DNA of 64,000 nucleotides, taken from assembly GCF_006345805.1 (NCBI RefSeq), contig NC_043006.1, forward strand, positions 64,480,001 to 64,544,000, read 5' to 3'. This document shows, piece after piece, positions 12,267-24,839 of this stretch (position 1 is its first letter; the number at the start of each line of letters is the position of its first letter). The DNA is from Octopus sinensis (Eukaryota). The translations under genes and the position numbers were made by a program. The notes under the pieces are model-generated. The model did not search any database, had not been told where the DNA came from, and worked only from the letters and a program-made list of their open reading frames with translations.

Positions 12267-12979
12267 CAGTGGTTCTCAAACCTTTTTGGGCCACTGCCCC
12301 CTTGACACCCAGGCCACATTCCTAGCGCCTGCACTTCAACTAACTGGATGGAAGTACTCCGTCGGTTACGACGACGAGGGTTCCGGTTGATCCGATCAAA
12401 CGGAACAACCTGCTCATGAAATTAACGTGTAAGTGGCTGAGCACTCCACAGACACGTGTACCCTTAACGTAGTTCTCGGGGATATTCAGCGTGACACAGA
12501 GAGTGACAAGGCCGGCCCTTTGAAATACAGGTAAAACAGAAACAGGAAGTAAGAGTGAGACAAAGTTGTGGTGAAAGGGTACAGCAGGGATCACCACCAT
12601 CCCCTGCCGGAGCCTCGTGGAGCTTTGGGTGTTTTCGCTCAATAAACACTCACAAAGCCCGGTCTGGGTGTCGAAACCGCGATCCTACGACCGCGAGTCT
12701 GCTGCCCTAACCACTGGGCCATTGCGCCCCCACTAACTAACTATCACTAATATAGACCTCTTTCTGAAGTAAATTCAAAGCAACTGTAGTTAACAAATAA
12801 AACTTAACCTAATGAACACATTATTTTGTTGTTTTTACATGAATCGCCACCCCATTATCACCCCACATTTTACATGTATCGCTACTCCATTATTGCCCCC
12901 ATTTTTCTTCAGCATCCCCTTGGAACTTTCCATCACCCCCCCCCCCCCGGAGCAATACTGCCCACTTTGGGAACCACTG
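12267..12979. mobile_element. hAT-type MITE with a nested SINE
   Basis: TIRs CAGTGGTTCTCAAA / TTTGGGAACCACTG; 8-bp TSD CTTTAGAA / CTTTAGAT; an uninterrupted relative lies at 60590-60897. Confidence 0.85.
12346..12732 (-). mobile_element. tRNA-derived SINE, family B, full length and CpG-intact
   Basis: The minus-strand head has an A box TGGCCCAGTGG and a B box GGTTTCGA.. The shared core GGCTGAGCACTCCACAGACACG...GGCCCTTTGAAATACAGG is present, flanked by an AACTAACT direct repeat (12338-12345, 12735-12742). Confidence 0.88.
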
Positions 12980-14008
12980 CTTTAGATAATTAAAAACAGG
13001 TCTCTTAAAGGTAACAGAGTCATTAAATAATGTAAGACACATGTCAAGTGTGGGTTATGTACGCAAGGAAAGGAAGTATAATGGAGTGATGTGACTATAA
13101 CTTTACCGTGAGTGATGTTTTTTAAAGTTTATGCCATCGGTGATATTTTCTTTGGTTTTATTATTAGTGTCAATTCTTGCACTTAGTGGATTTATGCTTA
13201 TCCAGCTCCCTGGCCAACAACACTGTCTCCCATTTTTATTATGGCCGCATTACATGCAGGGCAATATTTCAATACATTTAAAAATAGGAAAACAGCATAT
13301 CTTATACACCAGCAAATTCAGAAATTATTACAGACAAACAATAACAGAATCCAATAAAGAAAACTTCTTGTGGTTGGGTTTTGAATGAAATAATGGATAA
13401 ATCTCTCTCAAACCACAAACCCACCTTCTTAAAAACATGAAAAAAATAAAGCTCACATTGAATAATGTTGATGAACCATGTCTGGAAATACAATTTAATT
13501 TATACCTGATATTCTAATAAATGTATGTGTGTGTGTGTGTGTGTGAGCGCACGCACACACACACAAACAGACAGGTAGATTGATAGATAGACAGATAAAC
13601 AGACAGATATTTTATGTCATACACAAGTCATATAGCATGTAAAGATGTTACAATGATGTAAAGGTGTTACCAGTGGCTACGGTGATCAGGTCATGATCAT
13701 TAAATGGTGCATTCAATTCCTGGAGTTGGTGGTATGTAGTGGTCTTTGAGCAAGGAATTTCTCATTGTTTCAGTCTACTCACCTATTATATACTATACTA
13801 TAATGTAAATGTAAATATATGTATATATGTTGTCACTAAACCATTGTAAGTGAAAGACAATGTCGATGTTTATTTTACCCAGGGAACAAATACATATTTC
13901 AGCATTGTTGAAGACAATAAGAGACTACTATTCTAAGAAAATTTACTTCAATTACATTTGCATTATCCACGCCAGTATGAGAAAAACAGGAGCACAACCT
14001 GATGCTCA

Positions 14009-15059
14009 CCTGTTTACACATAAGATAGCTTCCACCCAGGTACACTAGCCCTGTTTACACATAAGATAGCTTCCACCCAGGTACACTAGCCCTGTTTACA
14101 CATAAGATAGCTTCCACCCAGGTACACTAGCCCTGTTTACACATAAGATAGCTTCCACCCAGGTACACTAGCCCTGTTTACACATAAGGTAGCTTCCACC
14201 CAGGTACACTAGCCCTGTTTACACATAAGGTAGCTTCCACCAGGTACACTAGCCCTGTTTACACATAAGGTAGCTTCCACCCAGGTACACTAGCCCTGTT
14301 TACACATAAGATAGCTTCCACCCAGGTACACTAGCCCTGTTTACACATAAGGTAGCTTCCACCCAGGTACACTAGCCCTGTTTACACATAAGATAGCTTC
14401 CAGCCAGGTACACTAGCCCTGTTTACACATAAGTAGCTTCCACCCAGGTACACTAGCCCTGTTTACACATAAGGTAGCTTCCACCCAGGTACACTAGCCC
14501 TGTTTACACATAAGATAGCTTCACCCAGGTACACTAGCCCTGTTTACACATAAGGTAGCTTCCACCCAGGTACACTAGCCCTGTTTACACATAAGGTAGC
14601 TTCCACCCAGGTACACTAGCCCTGTTTACACATAAGATAGCTTCCACCCAGGTACACTAGCCCTGTTTACACATAAGGTAGCTTCCACCCAGGTACACTA
14701 GCCCTGTTTACACATAAGGTAGCTTCCACCCAGGTACACTAGCCCTGTTTACACATAAGGTAGCTTCCACCCAGGTACACTAGCCCTGTTTACACATAAG
14801 GTAGCTTCCACCCAGGTACACTAGCCCTGTTTACACATAAGATAGCTTCCACCCAGGTACACTAGCCCTGTTTACACATAAGGTAGCTTCCACCCAGGTA
14901 CACTAGCCCTGTTTACACATAAGGTAGCTTCCACCCAGGTACACTAGCCCTGTTTACACATAAGGTAGCTTCCACCCAGGTACACTAGCCCTGTTTACAC
15001 ATAAGGTAGCTTCCACCCAGGTACACTAGCCCTGTTTACACATAAGGTAGCTTCCACCC
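14009..15059. repeat. 41-bp minisatellite (VNTR), ~25.7 copies, in the last TFAP4 intron; unit CCTGTTTACACATAAG(A/G)TAGCTTCCACCCAGGTACACTAGC
   Basis: Read directly. The period is 41 (14009, 14050, 14091...); the only variants are an A/G site, three 1-nt deletions and one substitution. Confidence 0.99.
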
Positions 15060-15671
15060 TCAAGCTTTGTGTTTTAGTTGAGCTAATTTTTTATAGGCAC
15101 AATTGTAGCTACACGGTTGAGAATCTTACTCTTATTAAGGGTCAATTCTATCCTGTGACACCTTGATTGTCTTCTTCTATAACCCTGGGCTGACCAAACA
15201 AAGCCTTGTGAGTGCATTTGGTAGATGTTGTACATGCATGTCTATGCATGTATAAATGTCTAGATGTTGGGTGATGGTTGTAAACAAGCAAGGTCATTTC
15301 ATTTCTTGTTTTCCATGAAAAGCATGCCTGAGCATGGGAAAACATTACCTCGCTTGTAAACAGATGGCAATAGTGCTGTGATGGTGACAGGATTGGAGTT
15401 AGTAAGATTTATAAGTCTCACTTCAACACATATGTACACTGACACACAAAAGCAAGAGAAAGTGAGATGTAGGAATACAATGGGGATAGGAAGAGAGGCT
15501 GAGATGAAGGAATGCCATACAAAGAGAGCGAGAGAAAGAGAGAGACAGAGGCAGAGAGAAAAAGACAATGATGTAAGAATACGTAGTGATGGGGCACAGA
15601 GAGGAGGAGGAAAGAGGTAGAAAGAGGGACAGTGGAATAAAGCCAGTTTAATAACAAAAAGGATGAATTAC

Positions 15672-15862
15672 CACAGCTTCTTTGTCCAGTACGTGGCTGG
15701 AGAGCTTCTGCAGTTTGGCCTCTAGAGCCCTTGACCGGTCCTCAAACTTGAGCCTCATTCGTTTCTCTTGATCAAAGTGCAGTTGGATGTCAAGCAGTTT
15801 CTTGCGCATCTCATCAAGCTGAGTGCTTTCTTCGCACAGTCCAATACCTTCATCAGATGATT
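15672..15862 (-). CDS. TFAP4: TFAP4 coding exon: SSDEGIG motif and second leucine repeat/coiled coil; phase 1 to phase 0
   Basis: ESSDEGIGL...EMRKKLLDIQLHFDQEKRMRLKFEDRSRALE aligns with human DEGIGS...LRREMIELRQQLDKERSVRMMLEEQVRSLE. Acceptor tttacag ends at 15863 and donor GTG|GTAATT starts at 15671 (an in-frame alternative CAC|GTACTG lies at 15692). Length 191 nt = 2 + 63 codons. Confidence 0.93.
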
Positions 15863-16633
15863 CTGTAAACAGAGAGACAGTAGACAAGTGTGAAGATGTG
15901 ACGTAGCATAAAGGTGAGGCTTATTCCCACCATGAAGTCTTATTTCTCTAATTCCTTGATCAATACCCATAAATTTTATATATTCAGTAAAATAAATCTA
16001 ACTGTATCTCGACACAGTTGCCTGCCCTTTGTATGCTTGCACCTCAGAGTTTTCTCATCCTGTCCTTACACACAGTTTTAGAAACCAATCAGATATAATA
16101 ATAATGATAATAATGTCTTAATATCATTAGTAAGGTGGCAAGCTGACGGAATCATTAGTATGCGAGACAAAATGCCAAGCAGCATTTCAGCTATCTTTAT
16201 GTTCCATCCTCACAGTCTGTGCATACGCACGTGTGTGTGTGTGTGTGTGTGTTTTACCATACCATCACCATCATTTGACAACTGGTGTTGGTTTGTTTAC
16301 ATTCTTGTAACTTAGCAGTTCAGTAAAAGAGACCAACATACTAAGTACCAGACTTAAAACAAGTCCTGGGGTTCAATTCATTCAGCTAAAACCCTTCAAG
16401 GTGCTGCCCCAGCATGGCCACAGCTAAATGGCTGATACAAGTCAAAGATAAAAGAAAGACCAGTTTAAATTTGACCTGAACAGGATTTTAAAGTCAACTG
16501 TTTCAGACACAACTAAGTGCAAAGCATTCTACATCGATGCTCCACCGATTCTTCCAAATCTCTAAATCATGCAACAAGCATTAGATATTCATCAGAAGCA
16601 GTTAACAGTTAAATATAAGTGAATCGTCCATAC

Positions 16634-16814
16634 CTGTATCTCGCTTCTTCCTCTTCGGAGGTGGTGACTCTTCGGCCACGGCAGCATTGATGGAGTTTAG
16701 AGTATTATTGATGTTCATCAGTTGTTGCCTCAGGCGGTCATTCTCAGCCATCACGGTAGTTTTATCCCTCTCAAGACTGGAAATATATTCGGAAGTCTGC
16801 TGCAAGATTGCTGC
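16634..16814 (-). CDS. TFAP4: TFAP4 coding exon: helix 2, first leucine repeat and basic NLS-like PPPKRKKRD; phase 0 to phase 1
   Basis: AAILQQTSEYISSLERDK continues the bHLH (human AAILQQTAEYIFSLEQEK). Acceptor aaacag ends at 16815 and donor ACAG|GTATGG starts at 16633. Length 181 nt = 60 codons + 1. Confidence 0.96.
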
Positions 16815-18219
16815 CTGTTTGTTGGGAGAGGAAACAAACAAAAATAGATCAGAGTTAATTAACACTGATTTCGAACATGATACACACATATATACACATA
16901 TACGCAGGTATACACATACACGAATATAAAGACACACACACACATACACATGCAGAATTACATACATGAGGTGTCCCAGTATGGCCACAATCTAATGACT
17001 GAAACAATTAAAGAGATATAAAAGATATACATACACATGTGCACAGACACATAGGCACACACACACACCTAACAGGCTTCTTTAAGAGTTTTCCATCTAC
17101 TAAATCCATTCACAAGGCTTTAACGGAAGACACTTGTCCAAGACAGCATGCAGTGGGATGGAACCTGAAACCAAATGGTTGTAAAAAGGACTTCTTATCT
17201 ACTCAGCCAAGCGCATAAGAGAGAGAGGGAGAGATGGAGGAGAGGGTGAGGAGGAGATGTGGGCGGGAGAGGGGAGATTGCACCCATCTTTGTGTACATG
17301 AGTACAAGCTTGGTTTTAATTAGAAGTCATTCTTAGTTTGTCTTTCGAGAGAACCAAGAAAAACCACATCTCTCCATCTACCTACACCTCTCTCTCTCTC
17401 TCTCTCTCACACACGCACGCAGAGTTTGTAATCCATTGGATCTTCTTCATAGCAACAGTAGCTAGTGAAAAACCAGAGGCTATATATAGAACTGATCAGA
17501 TCCAATGAAGGACCTGTCTGGACTGAACTGGACTAGTTGGAAGTGAACAATTGATTTTTGTTGGACTAATTAATAAACCATCATCTCGTCTAGATGCACA
17601 AGTGTGCAGTGTGCAGCAACTTAATGTCGACATATATACACATATATGTGGTACATATACTTGGGTGTACATAGTTACATGCATACACATGGGTGTGTGT
17701 GTGTGTATGTGTTTGTCTACATGTGTATGCACATATGAACATTATGCAACAAATATATAAGGGAGGGGCAATGAGACTGAGTCATTTACTAATATCACCA
17801 CTATTAATAATAATAATAATAATAATAATAATGATAATAATAATAATAGTGGTTTCAAATTTTGGCACAAGGCCAGCAATTACATCAATCCCAGGGATTA
17901 ACTGGTACTTATTTTATCAACCCCAAAAGGCTGAAAGGCAAGGTCAACCTCGGTGGAATTTGAACATTAAAGCAAGAAATGCCACTAAGCATATCCGTAA
18001 CAACTGTGCCATCATTTCAACTGTAAGCACAAGGCCAGGAGTTTTAGAGGGGAAGGTGATTAAATTAATATCATTAACCCCAGTACTTGACTGAAATTTT
18101 GGGGCACCTTGACCAAGTGTCTTCTACGATGGTGTTGGGCCAACCAGTGGAACTGGTAGACAGAAACTGAAAGAAACCTGTTGTATATGTATACAGGTAT
18201 ATGTGTGTGTGTATGTGTG

Positions 18220-18253
<34 letters not shown>

Positions 18254-20315
18254 GGATGGGTGTCTATTGTGTCTGTGTTTGTCTCCCACCCATCGCTTGA
18301 CAACCAGTGTTTGTCCGTTTACGTCCCTGGCGAAAAGAGACAGATAGACTAGGTACCAGAATTTTTAAAAAATGTACTGGGGTTAGCTCAGTCAACCAAA
18401 AAATTCTTTAAAGCGGTGCCCAACCGTGGTTGCAGTCTAAAAAAAAATCCAAGAAAGAACCCTAAGAGGATGAAAGGCAAAGATGATCTCAGCAGGATTT
18501 GAACTCAGAACATAAAATGTTGGAAGAAATATCACAAGGCAGTTTGTCTGGAGTTCTATTCTCCAAACATTTCTGACTTAGGCACAAGGCCAGTGGAGGA
18601 AGTGGTTAGTCGATACCATCGACCCTAGTACGTGACTGGTACTTTATTTCATCAACCCTGAAAGGATGAAAGGGAAAGGTCAAAAACTTAAAAGCTTGCT
18701 GCGCACGAGCGTGTGTGTATGTGTTTAATCTCCATAACTTTGCCTTTTAGCAAAAAGTGACCGATAAAATAAGTAATGGGGTTGATTTGATGGGCTAAAG
18801 CTTTCAAAGCAGTGCTCCAGTATGAGCGCAATCTCACGACTAAAAGAAGAGTAGAATATAACTTATTTTCAGTAGACCGCTTTATAAACCCTCTCTCTCT
18901 CCCTCTCTTTACTACTACTACTACTACTACTACTACACAGCCTGTTTTATTAATAGTTGCGGCCTTGCTGGAGTACATCATTTCTTAAAAAGATAGGCAC
19001 AAGGTCACACAGTTTGGGTGAAGGGTATAATCTATCAATCTCAAGTATTTCTTTCACCTGCCTTGCAAGTTAGAAAAGCAAAAAAACAATGTAATGTAGC
19101 GAAGACGGAAACTTATACTAGACATATATATAAATATATATATACACACACCCATACATACATACATCCATACGTTCACACACGCATCTACATAGGTTCA
19201 ATCTCACACAGACACACACAATGTTATGTTACCACATTTCACTACCGACACTTAAGTTGCTATGCAGTACGGTCTCTACGAGAACCACGTGGCTGCAAAT
19301 TGAACTTAAAGCAATTCGCTGATAAAATAGCTACCTATAATAATAAGATTTGGTGGAGCAAATAGGAAAATAGAATTCAAAACATAATTATATATACGGA
19401 TTAAAAAAAAAAAAAAACTATTAATAAAATCAGAAGTTACAGACCGAGTTTCCAACAAACGAAACTCTTGGCCCTTGAGTCACTGTTAACTCCTGCCGAT
19501 TATAAATAGAAAAACGTACCAATAATTATATATCTTGAGAGATCAACTAAATAGTTTATATATTGGTGAATGGCGGGAGAGAAAAGTTACATTTCATTTA
19601 ATTACTGAAAATGAATAGTTATGATAATCACACACACAAAAAAATCCAAGTCGCTTTAAGTACCTAATTTGTACACAACGACAATGTGGTGTGCATAATA
19701 AAAGGCGAAACAACACACGTGAACAAAAAACAACACGTTTTATTCAATAGTCGATAAAACAATGAAACAAACACAGTCGTTTATTGAGGTTCTCCGTTGA
19801 CTTTCGTCTAATGCCGTAGACACTTGTTTTATGAAGATCATGAATGCGATGTCCCATATTTTAACACTTACACCCACGCAGATTTTTTTTCCCTCAATAA
19901 ATTCAGCAGAGGCAGAGATAGCAACGAAAACTTTCTCCAACTCGCACCCAGACGATCTTAGGAGAGAAGGACACGTTGTGCTGGGAGACCTGTGTATAGG
20001 AGAGACGGGGATGGTCACCGCTAGGCCTGCCCCGTCACAGGACTGACCAGGATATAAGTAACTATTTGTTTATATCATACTAACGAAAAACGCTCTGGGT
20101 GCTTGCTCGACCCGCTAGAAATAATAGCAACATCTTCAAACGATGCAGTACACAAGTGATTCTAAATCCTTTCCCTGTTACCTTAACCACACCCTACAGG
20201 GTATTGAATGTATTTCAGCTTTACACCCACACCCCTTGCATATAAGCGCAAAAACGCGAACAGATTCACTATAATATCTTGGCATTATAAGTGTGTTATG
20301 CAAGTGTATATAAAT

Positions 20316-20460
20316 AGGCGCGGGAATGTGTGCGTGGTTAAGAAGCTCGGGTTCGCGCCCACCGCGCGGCATAATAGGAAAGTGTCTTTTATTATAGCAC
20401 CGGACCGACCAACGCCTGGTGAGTGAATTTGGTCGGCGGAAAATGTGTATAAGCCCGCCG

Positions 20461-20497
<37 letters not shown>

Positions 20498-20681
20498 TCC
20501 TACCACCGCTGCTTGATAACCGGTATCGGTTTGTTTACGCCACCTTCTCGTAGCGTAGCGGTTCGGCTAAAGAAACCATAAGAACGTGTATCGGACTTGT
20601 AAAGTACTGGGGTCGACTTGTTCGACTAAAACTGCTTGAAGCGGCGCCCCAGCATGGCCGCAGCCCAACAACTGAAACAGC
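20316..20681 (+). mobile_element. tRNA-derived SINE, family A (internal TA/TG microsatellite; tail GGCGGTGCCCCAGCATGGCCGCAG...ACTGAAAC), CpG-rich copy
   Basis: Shared blocks occur in many copies, approximately at 2690-3067(-), 16200-16450(+), 18090-18440(+), 26385-26585(+), 36612-36760(+), 37270-37510(+), 45410-45680(-), 45771-46141(+), 52561-52937(-), 55520-55920(-), 55945-56200(+) and 59777-60153(-). Confidence 0.8.
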
Positions 20682-22587
20682 TTAGAAGAGGGGAGCAATG
20701 CCAGCGGTTAACACGTGGTGGAGATAACGAATAGTAAAATTAGTAGCAGACAGTTGTGTGTGTGTGTGTAACACACTGCTAGCAAAGCAGTCATTCAGAA
20801 TGTAATATCAGGAGATCTATGTAATTGTAACCACTTGAAGATGGTCAGAGACAGCATTAAAAAAAACAAAAAGGCAACAAATATACAGTCACCATGCATT
20901 CGTGTTGTAAACTTTAGCGGGGAAACGATCTTTGAACCTAAAACAGACAGATACTTAAACACAGCACAACTTCCACCTCCGTCAATGTTGCATAGACCAT
21001 GTGTGGAAAAAGACAGCATGGGAGGAGATCATACACACACACGCATATAATCTACAGCTACATTAAAGTCTGGGACATAAAGTGCGTGAGTCTATATACA
21101 CTCACAGCATATATATGTATAGAATCTGAAGCACACAGCCCGTCACGTTGTTTACATTTGACACACCACAACGTGTGTGTATGTGTATATAAATACCTGT
21201 GTATATTTTATACTCTATATGCATTAAATATATTACATACAATATATATTATTACAAGTGTGTGTATTAAATAAGGATTGTAATTTCTAATTTTGGCAGA
21301 AAGCCAGCAATTTTGAGGGTAAGGGGAAAGTCGATTTCACCAACATCGAGGTCGATTTTACTTTTATCCTTTCAGGGTCGATAAAACGGTAAATTTTGAT
21401 AAACAAGCCCAAGCCCCTTCGCTAAAAATTTCAAACCTTGTGCCTTTAGTAGAAAAGATTATTATCATTGTTAAATATATAATTGTTTATTATAATGAAT
21501 TTCCGATATTCAGCTCGAAGGTGCAGGGGGAAGGGACAAGTCTTTGCAACGCCATTTACATAATCTCCACAAAATCCAGTTTTAGCTGAAGCAGATTATG
21601 TTGCGGCTAGACTAGAGGTACATACAGGAAGGCCTTGGAGGTGGTTGAATAGGTACCCCTGTAGGGTAGCATGTGTTGTCGATAACGTTGGTGGAGACTG
21701 TTGGCGGCTGTGAATTATCTTGCGCCTATATGCGCGTGTAAGAGGCGAGAGGCCGCATTGCTGCGCACTGCTTAGATCACTATGACAACAATATCGATGG
21801 AGTGAAGCTAGCGCAACATTATAATTACTTAGAAATACTATCAAGCGAAAGCGAGTGGTTTGACAACATCGTTAGAAAATCGGAGAAAAAAAAATGCCCT
21901 GGTAGACTTCCGGTTCTATGTGTCTCGAGTTCGAATCTCATAGAGCTAAACATAGATTCTTTTTTTAAACTTCATACCTTTTATTTGTTTCAGTCATTGG
22001 GCTGCGGCCAAGCTAGGTAGGGCATCGCCATGATAGGTTTAGTGGGAAAAAAAAAAAATTGAATCCAGTATTTCCTTTTGTTCTGGCTGGTACTATTTTA
22101 GGAAAGTCTTCCGCCCGTCCCCCACCCCATTTTATCCCAAATTTGTTTATTTTTGTAACTTTTTTTTGCCAAAAGTCCCCGTTTTCGGATACGGAGGTCC
22201 CGGAAAATTGCCAAAAATCGGCATTGTGACCCCCCACCACCACCACACACACACACACACACACACACAAACCCTAAAACCGTAACCGTAAGTACAGAAA
22301 TTTTTTGAAATTTTTGTCAGAATCATGATGTCCGTATTTTTCCGCATATTTAGGGGGGGGGGTTCTTTAAAACAATTTTACAAAGATTTTTTGAAATTTT
22401 TTCAGAATCATAATCTCCGTATTTTTTCGCATATTTTGAAAAAAAAAAAATTGTGAAAAAAGTTAAGAATGAAGGAAATGGGTGTAGGGTGGTAATTTAG
22501 AAATGTCGATTTTTGCCAATTTTTTTGCAGATATCATTTAAAACTACATAGGTCTATTTCTTTTCCTCTTTACTTATCTTTTTGTGT

Positions 22588-22677
22588 CTGAAGCTGGAAT
22601 TGAACACCGCTTGCCAAAAAGAAACTGAAGCGGAGACGTCTCGATCGCAACGCTACCGGTTAAGCTACGATAGAGAA
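22588..22677 (-). other. Degenerate tRNA-like Pol III promoter unit (probable SINE head)
   Basis: The minus strand has an A-box-like TAGCTTAACCGG and a B-box-like GTTCAATTCC, with an internal T-run and no complete cloverleaf. Confidence 0.45.
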
Positions 22678-24313
22678 GCAGGAAATTCATCCTTGTTTAA
22701 AGTATTTAAACGTTAAATTAAAACTTCTGCTCAATGAGTTTAATGTTTTTATCATCAAATTTTCTTTTCATAAACAACCCCTCCGTTTAAATAATACAAG
22801 ATAATTAATATCTAAACATCGTTGATAGAATAGCTAAGTATAAGATAATAGCAGCGAAATCTTTCTTGTATTACACTAAGTCTATCATGAGCAAACTACG
22901 GCCCGTGGGTCGGCACACCAACTAAAAATTACCTTGAATTTTATTTTTAGTCGTGCGGCCCACCATGTCTCATGCGTCCCCTTTTCGGAAATAACTCTTC
23001 ATGCCTACACTGTATTACGCTTGAATAAAATGCGGGAATGGTCACGTCAGAACTCCTGTAAACATAAACAACAATAAACAAGACCAGCCACGTGGCCACT
23101 TGGTCTGCTAGAAATAACAGTCAAGCTGCTGATTGTTGTCTTTAAAAAGTAAAGATTTTACAGTTTTTAAAAAATGGATGATCACGGCCGGAAGATCTTT
23201 TATCATAGGTTCAAGGATTTCATCGTGCTCCAAACGTCTGTTTTGACAGGATTTTCTGTGGCCGGATGACCTTAGTGGATGCTTTTCTTGTGTCACCAGC
23301 ACTATTGAGGTCGCTATGCAACTCACAAGACTACGAACCCCGAGGGAGAGGTATCGGCTTTAAATTAGGCTTTAAACGAGGGATTGAAGTAAAAGAGAAG
23401 CGATGGGTAGAACAGGTTCTGCAAGGCTACTCTCATTTAGAAGAGAGGGTGAAAAGATAAATGGCGGAGATGAGGTGTCCTCTCAAGGCAAGGCAGACTA
23501 CAACTTTATGGAGGACCGATGAGGATGTAGACCGACGGGGATGTAGTTCCTATTTCTAGCAAGTCAAATGACCATATAGAGCAGTGGTCCTAAAAAGAGT
23601 GTGAGGGCTCCACACAAGCAAGCAAAATAGTAAATTGGGTCCACAATAGTATTTTATGGCTCCATGAAAAACTTTTGCTTTAAATGTATTTATTTTGCAA
23701 GAAACGCGTTTCTTTCTCTAACGTTTTAAATAGTTCAGCCTACACAAGGGAATTTATGTGATAAACAAAATAGGAATTTTGAAAGATGAGTATCTATAAA
23801 ATTAGTTTTTAAACAACGAATGGCTATTGATGTCCGCCAGATTAAATAGTACTAAATGGGGTCCGTAGATAAAAAAAAAAAATGGTTGAAACCACAACAG
23901 ACGTAGAGAGTCCCTTTTGGCTCAAGGAATATTTATGATGGTGCCATTGTCATTAAGATGAACTCGAAGAGACAAGTGACATGAATCTGCTATCATGTTG
24001 GTGCAGGACATACGACATCAACCGATATACAGCAATCACCACCACGCTGGTGGTCAAATTGTTTTCTAAACAGTGTCATGTGTATACAAAACACGCTTAT
24101 TGTTTTTTTAAGAATGTTATTGTCACCAATCGGTGTTATTATTAGACATGCTGAATAGGTTCGCATCAGCTTTCAGATGGTGACATTGCATTTAATTAAC
24201 ACGTCTAATATTAATGACAATGATTAATTTGGTGACAATAAAATGTTATTATTATTCAGCGACAATTTGAAAGACAAAACAAAGAATAGTGCTGAAAACA
24301 CTAGTATGAATCA

Positions 24314-24345
<32 letters not shown>

Positions 24346-24416
24346 GGAGCAGGCACAGCCATGTGCTTAAGAAGTTCGCTTTCCAATTACGTAGTTTCAG
24401 GTTCAGCCCCACTTTG

Positions 24417-24839
24417 GGATCTTTTCGGTTTGAACGGCAGTTTTTTCTAGCAGTGCCATATGAAATTGTCACTCATAATTATGACCCTAGTATCGATCTA
24501 TTGCATTTCAATCTGTTTTAGGGTTAGAGTTAGGGGTGGGGGAAGGTTATCTTTTTTTCTTCAGAAATATAAATAAACCCGATCAGTTTCTTAAACGAGG
24601 GACATATTCATACGGCACAGAATGTTTGTTTTTTTACCCCAATAGACGTCATTGATTGGTTGAAATTGCAGAAATTGAAGGGGAAAAAACAACAAATATC
24701 TTACAAACTATAGAATTTTCTAAATAAAGCCAAGAGAAAAAGATGTTTTATAAACACATTCTACCAGTATACGAAGTTTTAAAATGTTTAGTTACGTGGA
24801 AATTATTTAAAAAAACTGCCGTTCAAACCGAAAAAATCC
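24417..24839. mobile_element. MULE/Mutator-type MITE (423 bp) inserted into a SINE
   Basis: 30-bp TIRs GGATCTTTTCGGTTTGAACGGCAGTTTTTT / AAAAAACTGCCGTTCAAACCGAAAAAATCC (1 mismatch) and a perfect 9-bp TSD CCCACTTTG (24408-24416, 24840-24848). Confidence 0.88.

Noticed and set aside
14009-15059. 41-bp repeat array as a CRISPR locus
   Set aside because: The units are directly adjacent with no unique spacers, there are no cas genes, and the context is a eukaryotic intron.
22588-22677. Functional tRNA gene
   Set aside because: The acceptor and anticodon stems do not form, and an internal T-run would terminate Pol III.
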